Below the pieces are notes generated by a model. The model was not told the DNA's origin. It saw only the letters and a program-made list of their open reading frames with translations, and made no database searches. DNA of 64,000 bases from Amoebidium appalachense (taxonomy: Eukaryota; Protista; Ichthyosporea), in NCBI GenBank assembly GCA_963693365.1, contig CAVNZM010000012.1, positions 4,578,409 through 4,642,408 on the forward strand, given 5' to 3'. This document shows, one piece after another, positions 1 to 14,029 of this stretch (the first letter of the stretch is position 1; each line of letters begins with the position of its first letter). Both the position numbers and the translations under genes were made by a program.

Positions 1-766
1 TAGGTCATCTGACCACTCTCCTATCCTTTTCCTACCTAAGATCTCCCTTGATCTGCTCCCCCCTCCCCCTCCCACCTTTCGCCTCCGTCTATCCCAGCTT
101 AAGTCACAGTGGGGTAGAGTTGATGTATGTGTATGCTATGCTACGAAACACCCTATATATATGCGCCTATTAGAATCTGCACAAGCCAGGCCAGATTCAC
201 ATCTCGTACTAGATACATGCACTAACTTTATTGTTGATGATTTGATAGATCTCGGTGATTATGCTGGCGGTGGTAGGAAGGAATACCCCGATGCTCTCTT
301 GTTACCAAACACCACTCCCGCTAGACTAGGTGAACCCCTGTCTCAAAAGGAAAGCTTGCGCCGGCTTGCTAGTATGAATCGATTTGGCCCCCCTGCTCGT
401 ATTATTGGTGATACCACTGGAGACCCCCTCATAGACTCTGATAAGTATTTCTCGGAACTGTTTAAAGATAGGACCCCCGCTCAGAAACCTATTGTGTGGC
501 CTGTAGACCCATCTATCCCCATAGAATCGATCCTCCCCTTTTTCAGTCCCGATGCCATATGGTCTGTGATATCTAGTTATAGCTCTAGTAAGTCTTGTGG
601 ACCTGATGGACTCCCTGCTGGGTTTCTTAAAATCCTTGTTCCCTCCTACCCACAAAAGGAAAGTGATCGTGCTATTAAACCTGATCTTACTATCATGTTA
701 AGCTCTCTCTTTTCTTGGTGTGTTAAATGTGGACATGTCCCGTCATCTTGGTTAGATACCTTAGTG
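1..766 (+). mobile_element. Non-LTR retrotransposon (LINE) ORF2, 5' part: end of APE endonuclease through start of RT; interrupted at ~761-766
   Basis: Frame 2 is open from base 2: RSSDHSPI (the SDH motif ending the APE domain) ... SKSCGPDGLPAGFLK ... GHVPSSWLDTLV. It continues in frame as IPIVKK at 11856 once the insertion is removed. Confidence 0.9.
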
Positions 767-868
767 AGGCCCGGGTACCATATCAGGAGCGGGCAATTTT
801 TGAATTCTCCCTCCCCGGCCCCGCCGGGGAAAATTTGAGGTTTTTGGACCTCAAAGAAGTCAAATCCT
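767..868 (+). repeat. Left terminal direct repeat of the Dada-like element (102 bp, AGG...CCT)
   Basis: Identical to 11749-11850. It contains hairpins tccccggc-ccc-gccgggga (812-830) and tttgaggt-ttttgg-acctcaaa (834-855). Confidence 0.95.
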
Positions 869-1644
869 GCAAAATCCACTACCGGGAGGCCAAAAAGGGT
901 GATTTTACAAAAAAGGAGGGACATACATGAAAAAGAGAAAATGGGCGAGTTCAGTGGGCTGCCGATAAGTATATTTCGTGCTGGGCCGGTATACATGCTG
1001 CCGTGGTTGTTGCTGTAGACGGCAGTATGGCATCGCATGTGTCACGTGACCTGCACGTGAATGCGACCATGTGCAGGCACTGAGTCTAGGGGGATTTGTA
1101 TGTGTGTTTTGGAGCACCGACAAGGCAGAGCCAGGGTGAGGGATGTGTAAACATGGAGTTTAGGGAGATCGTGCTGCTATTGTAACATGTGCACAAAACA
1201 GCCACGTGCACCGGCACACTCCGGTGTACAGAACAATAATATGCACATGCGTCACTGTAATATCATGTATGCGCATGCCGCACAAGGTTTAGGAGACCAC
1301 CACAGTATATACTATTTTCTTTTGGTTGATATCCATGTAGGAATGGTGTGTTGCAGTTGTCATGATCAGCCTGAGGCAGGCACGTGCACTCACTGAATCA
1401 CTAGAACTCATGAATAAAAAATACATTCGCTAAAAACGGCAAGGTAAATTTGGGGCCAAGCTATTATTTCCCCCTTTTAAACGTTTTTTTAGCTCCAAGA
1501 ACTTCGACGCCAAAATTTCTATATTTGGCCATCGTATATGATAATGAACACGTGTACTTAAATTAAAGTAGTTATATAAATATGAGCGGCCCGTTACAAA
1601 TACAGTGACGAAAAACAGTGACCCACGAGCAGTTTTTCTTTCTA

Positions 1645-1711
<67 letters not shown>

Positions 1712-3024
1712 AGACACACACACCACCACCACGGTGACCACCACCACCACCACCACCACCACTCACCCCTTAAAAAAACCACACACATACGTGCACGTGT
1801 ACACACACACACAGAACACCACCACCACCTCCACTGGACCCCATTTCCTCGTTGTTTTCTTAAGCCTTCAGACCAGTCCTGCACACTGGAGTTAAACAAT
1901 TGAATTCACCTAGGCTGACATGCATCCACCCCCGCCTTCCACTTCCCCTCCCCCCCACCCCCACCCCCCACCCCCCCACCCCCACCCCCTCCCCCTCGAT
2001 GAAGAAGGGCCCCCGTAAGCCTTGGGGGGGGGGGGGGGGGAGGGGGGGAAGGGGAAGGGGGGAGCTCTTGAGCCTCCGGGTAGGGAAGTGGGGTCCGGGG
2101 ATCCGGAGAGGGGAGGGGGGGGGGGGGGGGGGGAAGGGGCATATAATATTGGGCCTAGATATCATAGTATGGGGCCCCGGGGGAGGGAGAGGTGGGGGGG
2201 GGAGGGGGGAGGATCCACGGGAAAGACCTTTAGGTGCATGTTCTTATTTATACCCCCTTCGAATCATCCCCCCCTCTCCCCCCCCCCCCCCCCCTGAGTG
2301 CAGGCCGTGACGTAGCTACGATAACCCTGCAGAAGGCAACAAAAATGTATTAATTACTAGCACTATACATGTGTTCATAGTGCAGCTTGCACCACGTATG
2401 ATCTCAGCAACTTTAAAGTAGTCACAAAGTTTAGTTATTTTCATTATTTTCATTGCTCTGAACTCTATTACTCTGAAATGATCACCGTGCATGTGCCGCA
2501 AGATAACAACCCTATATGTGTGCAGCTGCTGCCTGCAGGTTAGACTCGCTGAAAAGACAATTGTCAGTGTGCATCCGACGCTTGCAGCTGCAGCTAGCCT
2601 CTGCAACATTAATACTTGCCAAGTGAATGCTCTTACACTTGATCATCATTCACTCAAAAAACCGAGGACCGACAGATTAAATATTAATGTCGATCCGAAT
2701 GATCAGCAAGTGTCTATGCGTACTACTATATATACACACACGTAAAATGCGAAGCTATCAGTTACAAGGCACACCTGCTGCACTGGCACACATACACATA
2801 CACACCGGCAGATCGATGCTGTCAAAATTTACTTTCATGTACTTCGTAGGTCCGACACAGGTGCACATGAACACGTACATATGTACAAGCCGCGCACACA
2901 CCACACCACACATACACACACACACACACACACTCACACACACACACGCACACACGCACACACGCACACACGCACACACGCACGCACGCACGCACACACA
3001 CACACACACGCACGCACGCGCGCG

Positions 3025-3131
<107 letters not shown>

Positions 3132-3455
3132 CACACACACACACACACACATCACTGGGTGCGCTCGCTGGGGATTAGTTTTTTGGCACGCTGTTGACTT
3201 TATCGTGTGTTTATTATTTGCTATTTATTGGCCAGCGGCCAACATTTAAAAATATACTATATACCTAAAAATAGATACTGACTACGGCCAGCAGACATTA
3301 TACACCTTCCAGGACACATTAACACCAATAGTCTAACACACCATACTCTCGATCACAAAGAATTCCTAACAAACAGAGAAAAGTGCAAAGGCTCTGTACT
3401 ATTACTCAGATTCTAAATTTTAATTCTTTACAGTAAACTTCGGAATGAAAGCTAG

Positions 3456-3489
<34 letters not shown>

Positions 3490-3574
3490 CCCTAACATGA
3501 CTGTACGAAGAACAGGTATAACTTGAAGCACTACAACACATATGAGATCCGTTACATTGGTGTACATTCCAATA

Positions 3575-5239
3575 TTAGACACTAGTTTGGCTACTCTGAC
3601 TACTCTGAGATCCTGATTGGCTGCCTGCAGACTTGCGGCCACGATTACTTTGCTTTCGATCGTGCCATTGCAGCTGCGTCTCTCCAGCAGGTGGCAACGC
3701 CAGGCCCAGCACAGCAGATGCACGAGAAGGGGGTGGGAACTGCCCACCAGCCGAGGGCTGGCCCACATGGCCCAAGTAAGGATGGGGACCGTGCTGCGGC
3801 AGTAGCCCAGGCATGGGGAAGGCAGGGCCGGGCTGAGGCGGCATGATGCCCCACGGTGGGGGCCAGCCATGTGGGTGGTGCGGGCCTGGATGGGGTGCAG
3901 GGGGCATGTGCGGCACATGGCCCTGCTGCATGTCAAGCGCGGGTGCTGGTGGCATGGCATCCTGATTGGCTGCAACCCAACGTGGGCAGCTCTTGGCCCG
4001 ATTGGAGCCGAGGCAGCCCTTGCCCTGGCGGCCACACGTCTTGCAGGTCTTGGGGGCTCTCTGGGGTGGCTGCATAGGAGGGGGCACCGGCAAATCCATC
4101 TGCAGGGGCCCCTCAGGGCCAATGTTGCGATGCTTTTTGCCCACTAGCATGGGCAAGGGCCGCTCACGCTGCGCCCCTGCATCGACACCGTCTGGAACAG
4201 GGAGGGGTGGCAAGGGGGCAGGCCGTATGGTTGCTGGCACAGCGTCTGCCCTCTCCTCGCGCATACGCTTGCGGTGATCTGCCAGGCCCTCGTGTGTGGA
4301 GCGCTGTGCATGTGCCGTCTGCCAGGTCTTCCACTTGTCGAAATGCTTCTTGATGTAGGCCGCATCCTTCATGTAGATTCCCCCAGCCACAGAGGCAGCC
4401 TTGTTGAAGTCTTGGGCCAAAGCCTCGAACAGCTGGCCGTTGGGCTTTGCATGTGCCTTGTAGGTGCCCAGGAGCAGCGTGCTGAATAGCTTGCGCTCCT
4501 GAGGGGTAAGCACCGGAAGGAAGGGGATGGCCACATGTTGCTTCTGCGCCAGGAACTTGTAGTCGCCCCTCAGTGCAGGGTCCGGCTGTGGTGCACCACG
4601 CGCCACCTGGTTGCCCCCCCCCATGGCAGCACCGTCACCCTCCTCGACCTCACAGTCCTCTGGCCCGCCCATCACGCCATTGGCTGCAGGCTCGATGTTA
4701 TCAGACGGAGGTGGGGGTGCGGGCACCGCAACTGGCTCCTGCGCCGGGGCATTGGCCACACAGGAGAGCGGGGCAAAGTTGAAGTACTCCTCCGGTAGCT
4801 TGTAGCAGCCTACGGGTACCCACTGGGGGTCGAGGTGATGGCCGTACAGCATCAGCGCCAGTGCCTCCATGTCGTCAACAATCCAGGGGCTGTAGTGGGG
4901 GGGCCCCGATGCCTGGCCCAGGCGGTTGCGGTAGTGTGCACGCAGGTTGTGGCGGTGGCGCCTATTGGACATGGTGGCGTCCAGCAGGCGCAGCGACATG
5001 CGTGTGGCCCCAAAGTGGGTGGCCAGGGGGTTGTGCACTGCCCCCTCCACCTCGTTGGTGCCCCGGATGCAGCGGTAGCGCATGAGCCCATCTGCGTCGG
5101 CAGTGGTCTCGTAGTAGAGGGGCAGGCCGGGGGGGTCCGACAGACAGCCATTTTGGGCGTGTTCGAGCAGCGACTGTGGGGGCACAAGCAAACATCAGAG
5201 AGATGGGTGGGTGGTGGTGGTGGTAGTGTGTGTGTATGT

Positions 5240-5294
<55 letters not shown>

Positions 5295-5366
5295 TGGGGT
5301 TGCTAAGGAAAAAAACGAGCAGGGAAAGGCAAAAAACAACTGGCTAGGCAGCAAGGGCCGTGCGGG

Positions 5367-5442
<76 letters not shown>

Positions 5443-7078
5443 ATGTTTGGGGGGGGGAGGGGGGGGGGGGGGGGGGGAGGCTAGGGTGTGCGTGTGTGTG
5501 CAGATGAACCAAGGATGACAAATAAGCGAAGAATCTTTTCTGTGGTGGTGGAGTTGTTGGGCGCCTGCAGGGGGAGGGGGGGGGGGGGGGGGGGGATGTT
5601 GCCTCGAGTCTTTCAAAGCCATCCTTCTTGAACAGAGGCTTGCCATCCGGTCCGGGCGGCACATCCTTGTAGGTGTTTTTGAACTCCACCAGCCGCGAGA
5701 CCAGCGTGTATGGGTCGGGAATAACCCGCCGGATGCGCTCCATGAAGTAGCTCAGGTCGCCGCCCTTGAGCTCGGTTTCAATGTCGATGCCCTTCTGCTC
5801 CAGCACCCCCTGTGAGGCAGGATGCCAATATTAATTTACTACGCACACTGCAATTTGGGTTTGGTAGACTTTGATACCTGCCGTTATTGTAGGACCCCTC
5901 CCCTCCACCCCCCCCATCTTCTCCCCCAACACAAGTAAAAAATGCATGTGGCTCTTTCCCCCCACAACCCTACATTATTTCTCTCTAGGCATATGAATAA
6001 CCCCCACTCTCCTCCCCCCTCCCCCCCCCCCCCCCCCCCCCCCCCCCCTTGCCCCCCCTCTCTCTGAGGCTCAGGCTCTCTCTCTTCCCTCAGAAGTTTT
6101 GTCGAAGGTGTGCATGGTTGTGGGTGGAATGGTGAGTGTGTGCTAACGAGTGTATGTGTGTGTGCGCGTCAGTCACGCATGTTGTTGTTGCCGTTTTTTT
6201 TATTTTTATTTTTTATTTTTTATTTTGGGGGGGGGGGGGGGAGGGGGGGGCACCTTCACATGTCCGTAATCCTCTTCATTCCACACAAATATTGCCTCGC
6301 TGAGTGCGCGTGCGTACTCAGCCCTGCGGGGGTGTGACTTGTACGTGCCGTCCGCCGTGTTTGCAATGGAGTGGAAGGCGTCATTCAGCACAGTCTGCCA
6401 CACCACCTCCCCAGGCGGTGCCTGGCCCAACATGCCCTCTCTGGGAGCTGCCTCGGGTCCCCCTGGGGCTGCCTCAAGGCCCCCCGGGGCTGCCTGGGGG
6501 TCCTGGGGGGGTGCCTGTGGGCCGGCAAGGGGTTGCTGCTGCTCGGCAGGGGGAGGGGCTGGGTCAGGGACCACCGGCACCTCGGCACCTGGGTCCGGTG
6601 GGGGCTGAATGGGCCGTAGCCACTGCAGGTGCACCATCAGCTCAAAGGGCGGCGGGCCCAGCTCTCCCAGGGTCTTGCCCTTGTCGGGGCCAAAGGGCAC
6701 CTGCATGGCCGGCGACAGCACCTGATCCACCCGCACCACTGCATGCTTCTTGCCCACCTTCATGCCCCCCCAGCGCTCCGGCTGCACAGCCAGCACCACC
6801 CCGGTGGCTGCTGCAGCATGTGGGCCCCGCCGGGGCACAATCTCAACCCCTTCACCGAGTGCCTTTGCATGAAGCCGCGCTGCATGTCATAGAGGGAAGC
6901 AAAAAACTCAGCCAAAAAGCCACAGCACCAACGTTTTTCTCTTCGCTCCACAAAAATCAAATGCATATTCCTTAGCAACCCCCTCCCCCTCCCCCCCCCC
7001 CCCCCCCTTCTCCCTCCCCCCCCCCCCTCTCCCAGTGCCCAGCTTGTGTGGCACTTGCACGTGTTAACAGTGCTATAG

Positions 7079-7114
<36 letters not shown>

Positions 7115-9000
7115 ACCACCACCACCACCAATCACCCCCTCCTTTGATAGCCACCCGACACCCAGCATAACACAACTGGAACACTGGCCCATGTGGTCAG
7201 CCACCCCCCCCCCCCCCCCCCCCCCCCCTCCTCCCCCTCCCCTCTCCTCTGGGGGGCCCAAAATCTTTCTATATCTGGCATAAGCACATAAGCACTGGGG
7301 CAAAAAGCAGGTGGGATACACACCTGACAGGTTTGGCCTATCGACCACGGCCGAGTAGACCTGCAGGGACGCATATGCATCAAGGGCAGCGTAGGTGGCC
7401 TGCACCTCTGATAGCGGCTCGTGCCAGTTGGAGCATCGAACAAGTGCCGGCTTGGGCAGCTTCTTGCCTATGACCTGGGCAGTGATGTCGGCCAAGCCCC
7501 GGGCCGCAGAGGTGATAGCTGCACGGGCATAGCAGAACCGGCCCAGCTCCAGATAGCTGGCCACAGGGGTGCCGTAGTCCTTGTTGAGGTGGGCCGAGTC
7601 CGTGCCGATCTGCTTGCCCACCTTGATGATGCTGGGGTCCCTAAGCAGCGCAATCAGCTCGTCCACCAGCCGCGCGGGCGGGCTGTGGTTGGGGCCCATG
7701 CGTGCCAAGTGGAAGATGTACACGGCCCGTGCGGTGGCAATCTGCAGCGTGCAAACCTTGGACCGCGCCTGGCCCACCCGATAGACCCACTCGCAGTCCA
7801 GCCCCACCACGCGGTGCTGCTGCCCCTCCAGGTCGGCACGAATGGCCGCTGTAGCCACCACCGCCCCCTGGCAGTCGGTGTACACCGGCTTAGGGTAGTT
7901 GGCCGGCAGCTCCAGCCCAGGCAGACCGTCCGTCACGCTTACCAGCGCAGCCTCGTTCAGACGGACGGGGCATTTTGGCCGGGCTAGGGTTGGAAACATG
8001 CGCTCAACAAACGCCCGGTCTTGGCAGCACCGATCTGTGTAGAAGAAGGCCGGGCCCTTGCTGTTGAGCGCCGCCGTGGTGGCAGAGATGCGCTGGATCA
8101 CGGGCTCAATCTCCTGGTGGCTGCAGTCCCGTGTAAATACCTGCGCCCGGATCTCTGGGGTGCCGCACTGTGTGAGAGGGCATCTCCGAGCAGCCATGCA
8201 TGTTCTAGCTTCCCTTACCACATGGCCCTTCACGAGACTTCAGTGCCCACACAATCCTTTCCCCCTCCCTCCCCCCAAACCCATGTGCCCACATACTTTC
8301 CCCTCCCTCTCCCCCAAAACCCTTCCCCCTCCTTCCCCCCAAACCCATGTGCCCACATACTTTCCCCAGGCCTCCCTTTCCCCCAAAATCTTCCCCCCCC
8401 CCTCCCCCCTAAACCCATGTACCTACAATCCTTCCCCCTTCCTCCCCCTAAACCCTTGTGATCACAATCCTTTCCCCCTCTCTGCCTTCCCCCCAAACCC
8501 ATGTGCCCACGATCCTTCCCCACTCCCCCTCCCCCCAAACCATGGGACAGCCCTCCATATGGCACCTACTGTCCCCCCCCCCCCCCCCCCCACCCCACCC
8601 CGGGCCTCTTGCCCTCTCTACCTTCAACCCCGACGGTGGTGTCTCTCCCCCCCCCCCCCCCCCCTGCATCCCTTGCAATCACTGGCCCCTACTCCCATTC
8701 TGCTTGGCAGAAGCTTGCCCCCCCCCCCCCCCCCCCCCCCTCCCCCCCCCCCCCCCCCCCCGATTCCCCGCCAAAAGAAAGCTCCACCCCAGCCCACCCC
8801 AATCTCTACCCAGCAAAAACACATACACACATATCTGGAGCTTCCTAGTTTTTGCTCGACAGGGCAAGAATTGTCCCCAAAACCCACATACTACAAACCT
8901 CTACTCACAGTGTGCCACCTCATTAAATGTGGAGCCTAAGAGATTTAAAGGCCCTAGAGGGGGGAGGGGGGGGGGGGAGGGGGGGGGAGGGGGCGTGTGT

Positions 9001-9031
<31 letters not shown>

Positions 9032-9681
9032 GGTGGGCGTGTGTGGGGGGGGGGGGGGGGGGGGAAGGGGGCCTGGGGGAGAGTGGGGGGAGGGGGGAGA
9101 AGAGGAGGGACCACACACCGCCAAGCTCGTTTACACAAGTCCATAGGCCTCGGTACAGAGGCTCCCCATTGATGCCGGTGAGCTTCCCAATTTGGAAGGT
9201 GTGGTCGGCCTTGAGCACGTTGTTTACGGGCTTGAGCTGCGTGTCCAGGCTCTGGTACTTTGCCGTGCGGTCGCTGAACTCAGTATACACGGCACTCAGG
9301 TATTTGCCTGAACCCCAAGTACTGTTAGAACTCCACCACCCTCCCATCAGGACCATCCCCCCCATTCCCTCTAGTCCCTCGTGTTCATCTCACCTCTCTG
9401 TATTTTCGTAAGTCTGTATGGCTTTTCCCATCTCAAAAACGCTACACACCCATCTCCGGCCGTTTGCCCCCCCCCCCCCCTCCCCCCCCCCCCCTCCCCC
9501 CGCCTCCCGGCGCGCGCAAACCCTCCAAGTCATTGCACCAACTTTCACCTTCTTTCCCCTTTGTGCCCCATCTGCAGTTTGTCCCCTGCACGTCCGTTTG
9601 CCCTTCCCCCCACACCCTCCTGCCACTACTATAATAACCATTAAGTACCGCCACCAAGATCCAGTCTACCACCATGTGCCC

Positions 9682-9713
<32 letters not shown>

Positions 9714-9863
9714 CTCTCCACCTCCTTTCCCCCAACACACACAGACACACATGCGCACACCCACCATCTAATTTCAGGCATAACAGTTCTCCACGATTTC
9801 CCAAGCACACTCACTGGTACATGGACCGTTATGCTTTCACCCCTCTGATGATCCCTCTGCCCC

Positions 9864-9895
<32 letters not shown>

Positions 9896-9980
9896 ACCAC
9901 CACCACCACCACCACCACCATGACTGATTGCCACCACCACCACCTAATCCATCACCATGTCCCCCCCTCCCCCTCCCCCC

Positions 9981-10011
<31 letters not shown>

Positions 10012-11401
10012 ACGGACCCACAAGTACACGCACACTCACAGGCGCACATCCACCACCACACATCCACCACCACCATAATAGAAACTTATTGACCACACTT
10101 CCAAAACCCATTTCCAAGTCCCCCCCCCCCCTAAAAAAAAAATAAAAAATAATAAAACAAAACCCTACCAAGCCAACCCAAAAAATGCCCAAGCACGTGC
10201 ATACAAAACAATGGGGACCATTTACACACCCAAAATGCAGTGCACACTTGCCTGAAGGCACATGTCCAGCGTAACCATTTTTGTCACCAAACGCCGAGAA
10301 CTTAGCCGCCTGCTCCTCTGGGGGAAGTTCTGTCAGGCGCTGGTCGTGGGGGCGGAAATCGTTACGCTTTTTGAGTTCATACTTGGTCCAATGCAGCGCC
10401 CTCGAGTAATACAGGAGCCGCTGCTCGTCGTATCGCTGCTTGTGGAGCTCCGAGAGGAGGGTGGCAAAGGCGTTTGGGCCCACACCTTTGTCTGCCAGTG
10501 CACGCAACAATGTTACCACCTTTAGGTCGAGCCCACTGCGGTGGCTAAGGTAGGCCGGAAACTGATCACGCATGAAGAGTGGAAGGCGTTTAATTGTCTG
10601 GGGGTTTGTGCCGGCAAAGTTTTTTTTGCATGTGTCACAAAAGTACCGGGCCGTGATAATGTAGTAGCAGCTGTCAAAGTCGATAACACGCCGTCCTACG
10701 GGGTTGCTCATGAACCCATTGCGAGAAGTACGGTGTGGGTTGGGGTGGTTGTGGGGGTCCACGTAGTGATCATCGAAGGGGCACGGCACCATGAAACCGG
10801 GAGACAACCTTTCCGGAAGCCAGGCAAAACATCTGGGTTTGTAGAAAGGCGCTGGATCGCCCCCAAATTTAAAGCCTATAATGGGAGGTGGAAGATGCCA
10901 CCCCACAGGCGTCTTCTCATCTTTGAGACTCTCTTTCACTGTGTGCAGGTGCGACTTGATTGTTTCGCCCGCCGCGTCAGAAAACTCCTCTCCACCGTCA
11001 TCCCCGTCCGTATTATCTTCTCCCTCTTCCTCCCCTTCATCCTCGTCTACCCGGTACGCATCTGCTGCTGCATTTAGCAAAGGTTCCTCGTCGGGTTGCA
11101 CCTGTATGTCTGGTGGGTGTGGAGCAGGGGCCCGATCCATTTCTCTTGGTAACGAATGGACGCTACCTGCCTCAACTACACGGGCCCTTATGTCGGCGGC
11201 CTTAGATAGAGGGGGCTGTTCGGGTTGTACGTTTACGTTTAGTTCCTGCAAAACAGCTTTGTTTGCCGTCCCAAAACCTGCAAAGTTCGCTAAAGGCTGA
11301 ACAAATGCAGCATCTTTTTTTTTGCGCCCAGCTCCCTCCCTAGCTCCGCCTGTTTTATGCCCAGGGCGCTGTGTTGTGCCCTTAGGGCAGCCTGGCTTCA
11401 T
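3575..11401 (-). CDS. Dada-like transposase with inserted DEDDy (WRN/DnaQ-like) 3'-5' exonuclease, ~1530 aa. Predicted exons 11401-10252, 9307-9119, 8154-7324, 6879-6254, 5809-5603, 5173-3575
   Basis: N-terminal Cys region (PCPF...RRVIDFDSCYYIITARYFCDTC...FPAYLSHRSG). Catalytic-type motifs KADHTF, FYTDRCC, DAFH and RGTNEVEG. Exonuclease motifs VGLDCEW, IGTD and YAALDA lie between the second D and DxxH, the arrangement reported for some Dada transposases. Exon phases join without stops (4602 nt). The start codon is uncertain. Confidence 0.8.
8240..8545. repeat. Minisatellite (cccccaaacccatgtgcccac... unit) in transposase intron 2
   Basis: About six imperfect tandem copies are visible. Confidence 0.8.
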
Positions 11402-11748
11402 TTTAAACACTTGGGGCCTGGCCCCCTGCCCCCCTAGTGCGACTACGTTACCGCAAACATTCCCGTATTCCAGTGTGCTCGGCAATGCTGCTCATGGCCT
11501 TCCCGGACTGGTGGTTGTGACCAGTAAAGAGCGCGCCAATTCCTGACCGCCGCCTACAGCAGTGTATGATCTGTTATCCATATTCGGCAAAAGGGGTCTT
11601 GCCCAACCAATGGCTTGAATCCTTGTAACTTTGCTTTATCCATATAAGGTTAGCTGAACACCCCCCCCTCCAATCATACCCCCCCCTTCTCTCTAGTAGT
11701 AGCTCCTGGCATGCCGCACCCCCCCCTTAGTGGCTTAGTGACTTAGTG

Positions 11749-11850
11749 AGGCCCGGGTACCATATCAGGAGCGGGCAATTTTTGAATTCTCCCTCCCCGG
11801 CCCCGCCGGGGAAAATTTGAGGTTTTTGGACCTCAAAGAAGTCAAATCCT
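11749..11850 (+). repeat. Right terminal direct repeat of the Dada-like element, preceded by three TTAGTG copies (11727-11748)
   Basis: Identical to 767-868. Upstream sequence reads ttagtg-gc-ttagtg-ac-ttagtg. Confidence 0.95.
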
Positions 11851-13677
11851 TAGTGATCCCCATAGTTAAGAAGGACTCTGAGGGCCCCATATCATCCTTT
11901 CGCCCCATTACACTAACCCAGGTTGTTCGTAGATTCTTTGAAGCTTGCTTACTTAGGTTATTTGCACATCACCCTAGGTTTCAATCTATTCTTCACATAC
12001 ACCCATGCCAATCCGCTTTTCGTAAAAACAATTCATGTTATGTTCAAATAATGGCACTGCACGATTCTATGCAAGTTGGTGCACAATATGTTGGCTTTAT
12101 TGATTGGAAAACTGCTTACGATTCTGTCTCCCCTGGTCTCCTATGGGAAAAGCTTGCTGCACGGGGTGTACCACACTGCATTGGTGTTCTGTTAGAAGCA
12201 CTCTTGTCTCAAACCTATGGTAGAGCTGTGGTTAATGGGCATCTTTCATATGGTTTTGCTCGTACTAGAGGTCTCTTGCAGGGTTCATTGCTTAGCCCCT
12301 TTTTGTTTAACCTATTTATAGATGATTTGGCTGTCAAGATTTACGCCGAAAACGATGACCCTATTAATAACTTTCCGCCTGCACTTCTCTATGCTGATGA
12401 TCTGTCCCTCCTTGCCCGTACCCCTAGACGCCTGCAAAGATTGTTCGATGTAGTGTCAGAGTGGTGCAAGGCAAACCTTATGATCCTTAACATAGACAAA
12501 TGTGGTGTTCTTGTACCTGATATAGCTAACAATTTACACACATTTACATTATCATCTAAACCTGTACCTATAGTTCCAGAATACAAATATCTTGGTGTTC
12601 CGGTTGATTCTGTTGGTGTTATGTTTCCCCATATGGTCGAAAAGAGGGTAGAGTTGGCTCGTAAGCGGTTAGCTTTCTTCTCGGCTAATATTTTTAAAGA
12701 CACACCCCTCCATCCTTCTATTAGACTTACATTTATTCGCACTTTTGTCTTCCCGGCATGTGAATATGGTTTACCCCTTCTCGCCGCTTGGATCAAGAAA
12801 GAGAGAACTAGAGCGCTTAAACCCTTGGCAAATTTCCTTGAAGCAGAAGTTGCCTCCTTTCTATCTAACAACTGTTGTAAACCTGGGCCTGTAACGCTCT
12901 CGATATATGGTCTGGTCCCAATAGCTGCTAGAGTATCCTATCTCGCGCTGAAATTCAATAAGCACATAAGCCGCTTAAAGAAGTATTTGCCCTCCCACCC
13001 TCTCTTCTCTATCCGACCTGTCCCCTCCTCACCTCTCCCCTCTTTCCTCCCCTCTCTCTCCCCTTCTCCCCTGGGCACAAATACAAATAAACCCCGCAAT
13101 AGTGTGTGTGTGACTTTGGACTGCCACTTACTTATTAAACATGTACACAATCACAAGATAATCACGCAATATAACAAATGGAAAAAGATACCACACGACA
13201 CTAGACCCGATGAAAGCATACACCTTGAAAAACTAAGCCTTATGTCTCGTTTTATATATACTGACCGCCTCAACCATATTGCCAAATATGGCACTCGCAA
13301 GTGTATAACACCTAAATACATATTACCTTCCTGTAGAACTGGTCTTTCTCTAGCTGATGGTATTATTGATCAATTACCACGCTTTTACTGTACACGTGCT
13401 ATACAGTGGAGATCTAATAAGTATAAGGTGGCATCATTTGCATGCCCAAACAACACACACACACACCAGTTTAACCGGTCATGTATCGCCAAATGTAGTT
13501 TGATAGACCACATAATACCGCAACACACACACGTCACATTCACAACAGACACCCAGAAAGATAGCCTACCTGTAAATTACAACATCCTTGATTTTATACT
13601 AAACACGCGTAACTACGACCTGTTTATTAGATGTATTGATTGGCTTGAGAAACACATCACTACAAAATTATAGCGCA

Positions 13678-13744
<67 letters not shown>

Positions 13745-13776
13745 CCAGCTGATACCGAGTGTCCCGAGGGGAGCCC

Positions 13777-13817
<41 letters not shown>
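11851..13817 (+). mobile_element. LINE ORF2 3' part (RT and Cys/His C-terminus, stop at 13673) with (CA)n and poly(A) tail
   Basis: RT motifs FRPITL, QSAFR, DWKTAYDSV, GLLQGSLLSPFLFNLFIDD, YADD and YKYLGV. A-tract at 13781-13817. Confidence 0.93.
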
Positions 13818-13818
<1 letters not shown>

Positions 13819-14029
13819 GGGGAACCCCAACTAATTGATTTCTCCTTGTAGTCTTTATGGTGTCTCGTAGAGAAAGTAAACCCTGATATATAGTCACCAC
13901 CCGACATCTATGTACGTGATCATGATATACCGCTGAGGGGATATTCCGAGCAAAACCCCCCCCCCCCATACCTGAGACTGGTTCTCTTTGCCTCGAGTAA
14001 ACAGCGTAAACCCCCAGTTATATCTCTCC

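Noticed and set aside
11817-11855. Apparent N-terminus MRFLDLKEVKS of a 618-aa RT ORF
   Set aside because: It is a TTG start inside the transposon terminal repeat that is in frame by chance. The true N-terminal part lies at 1-766.
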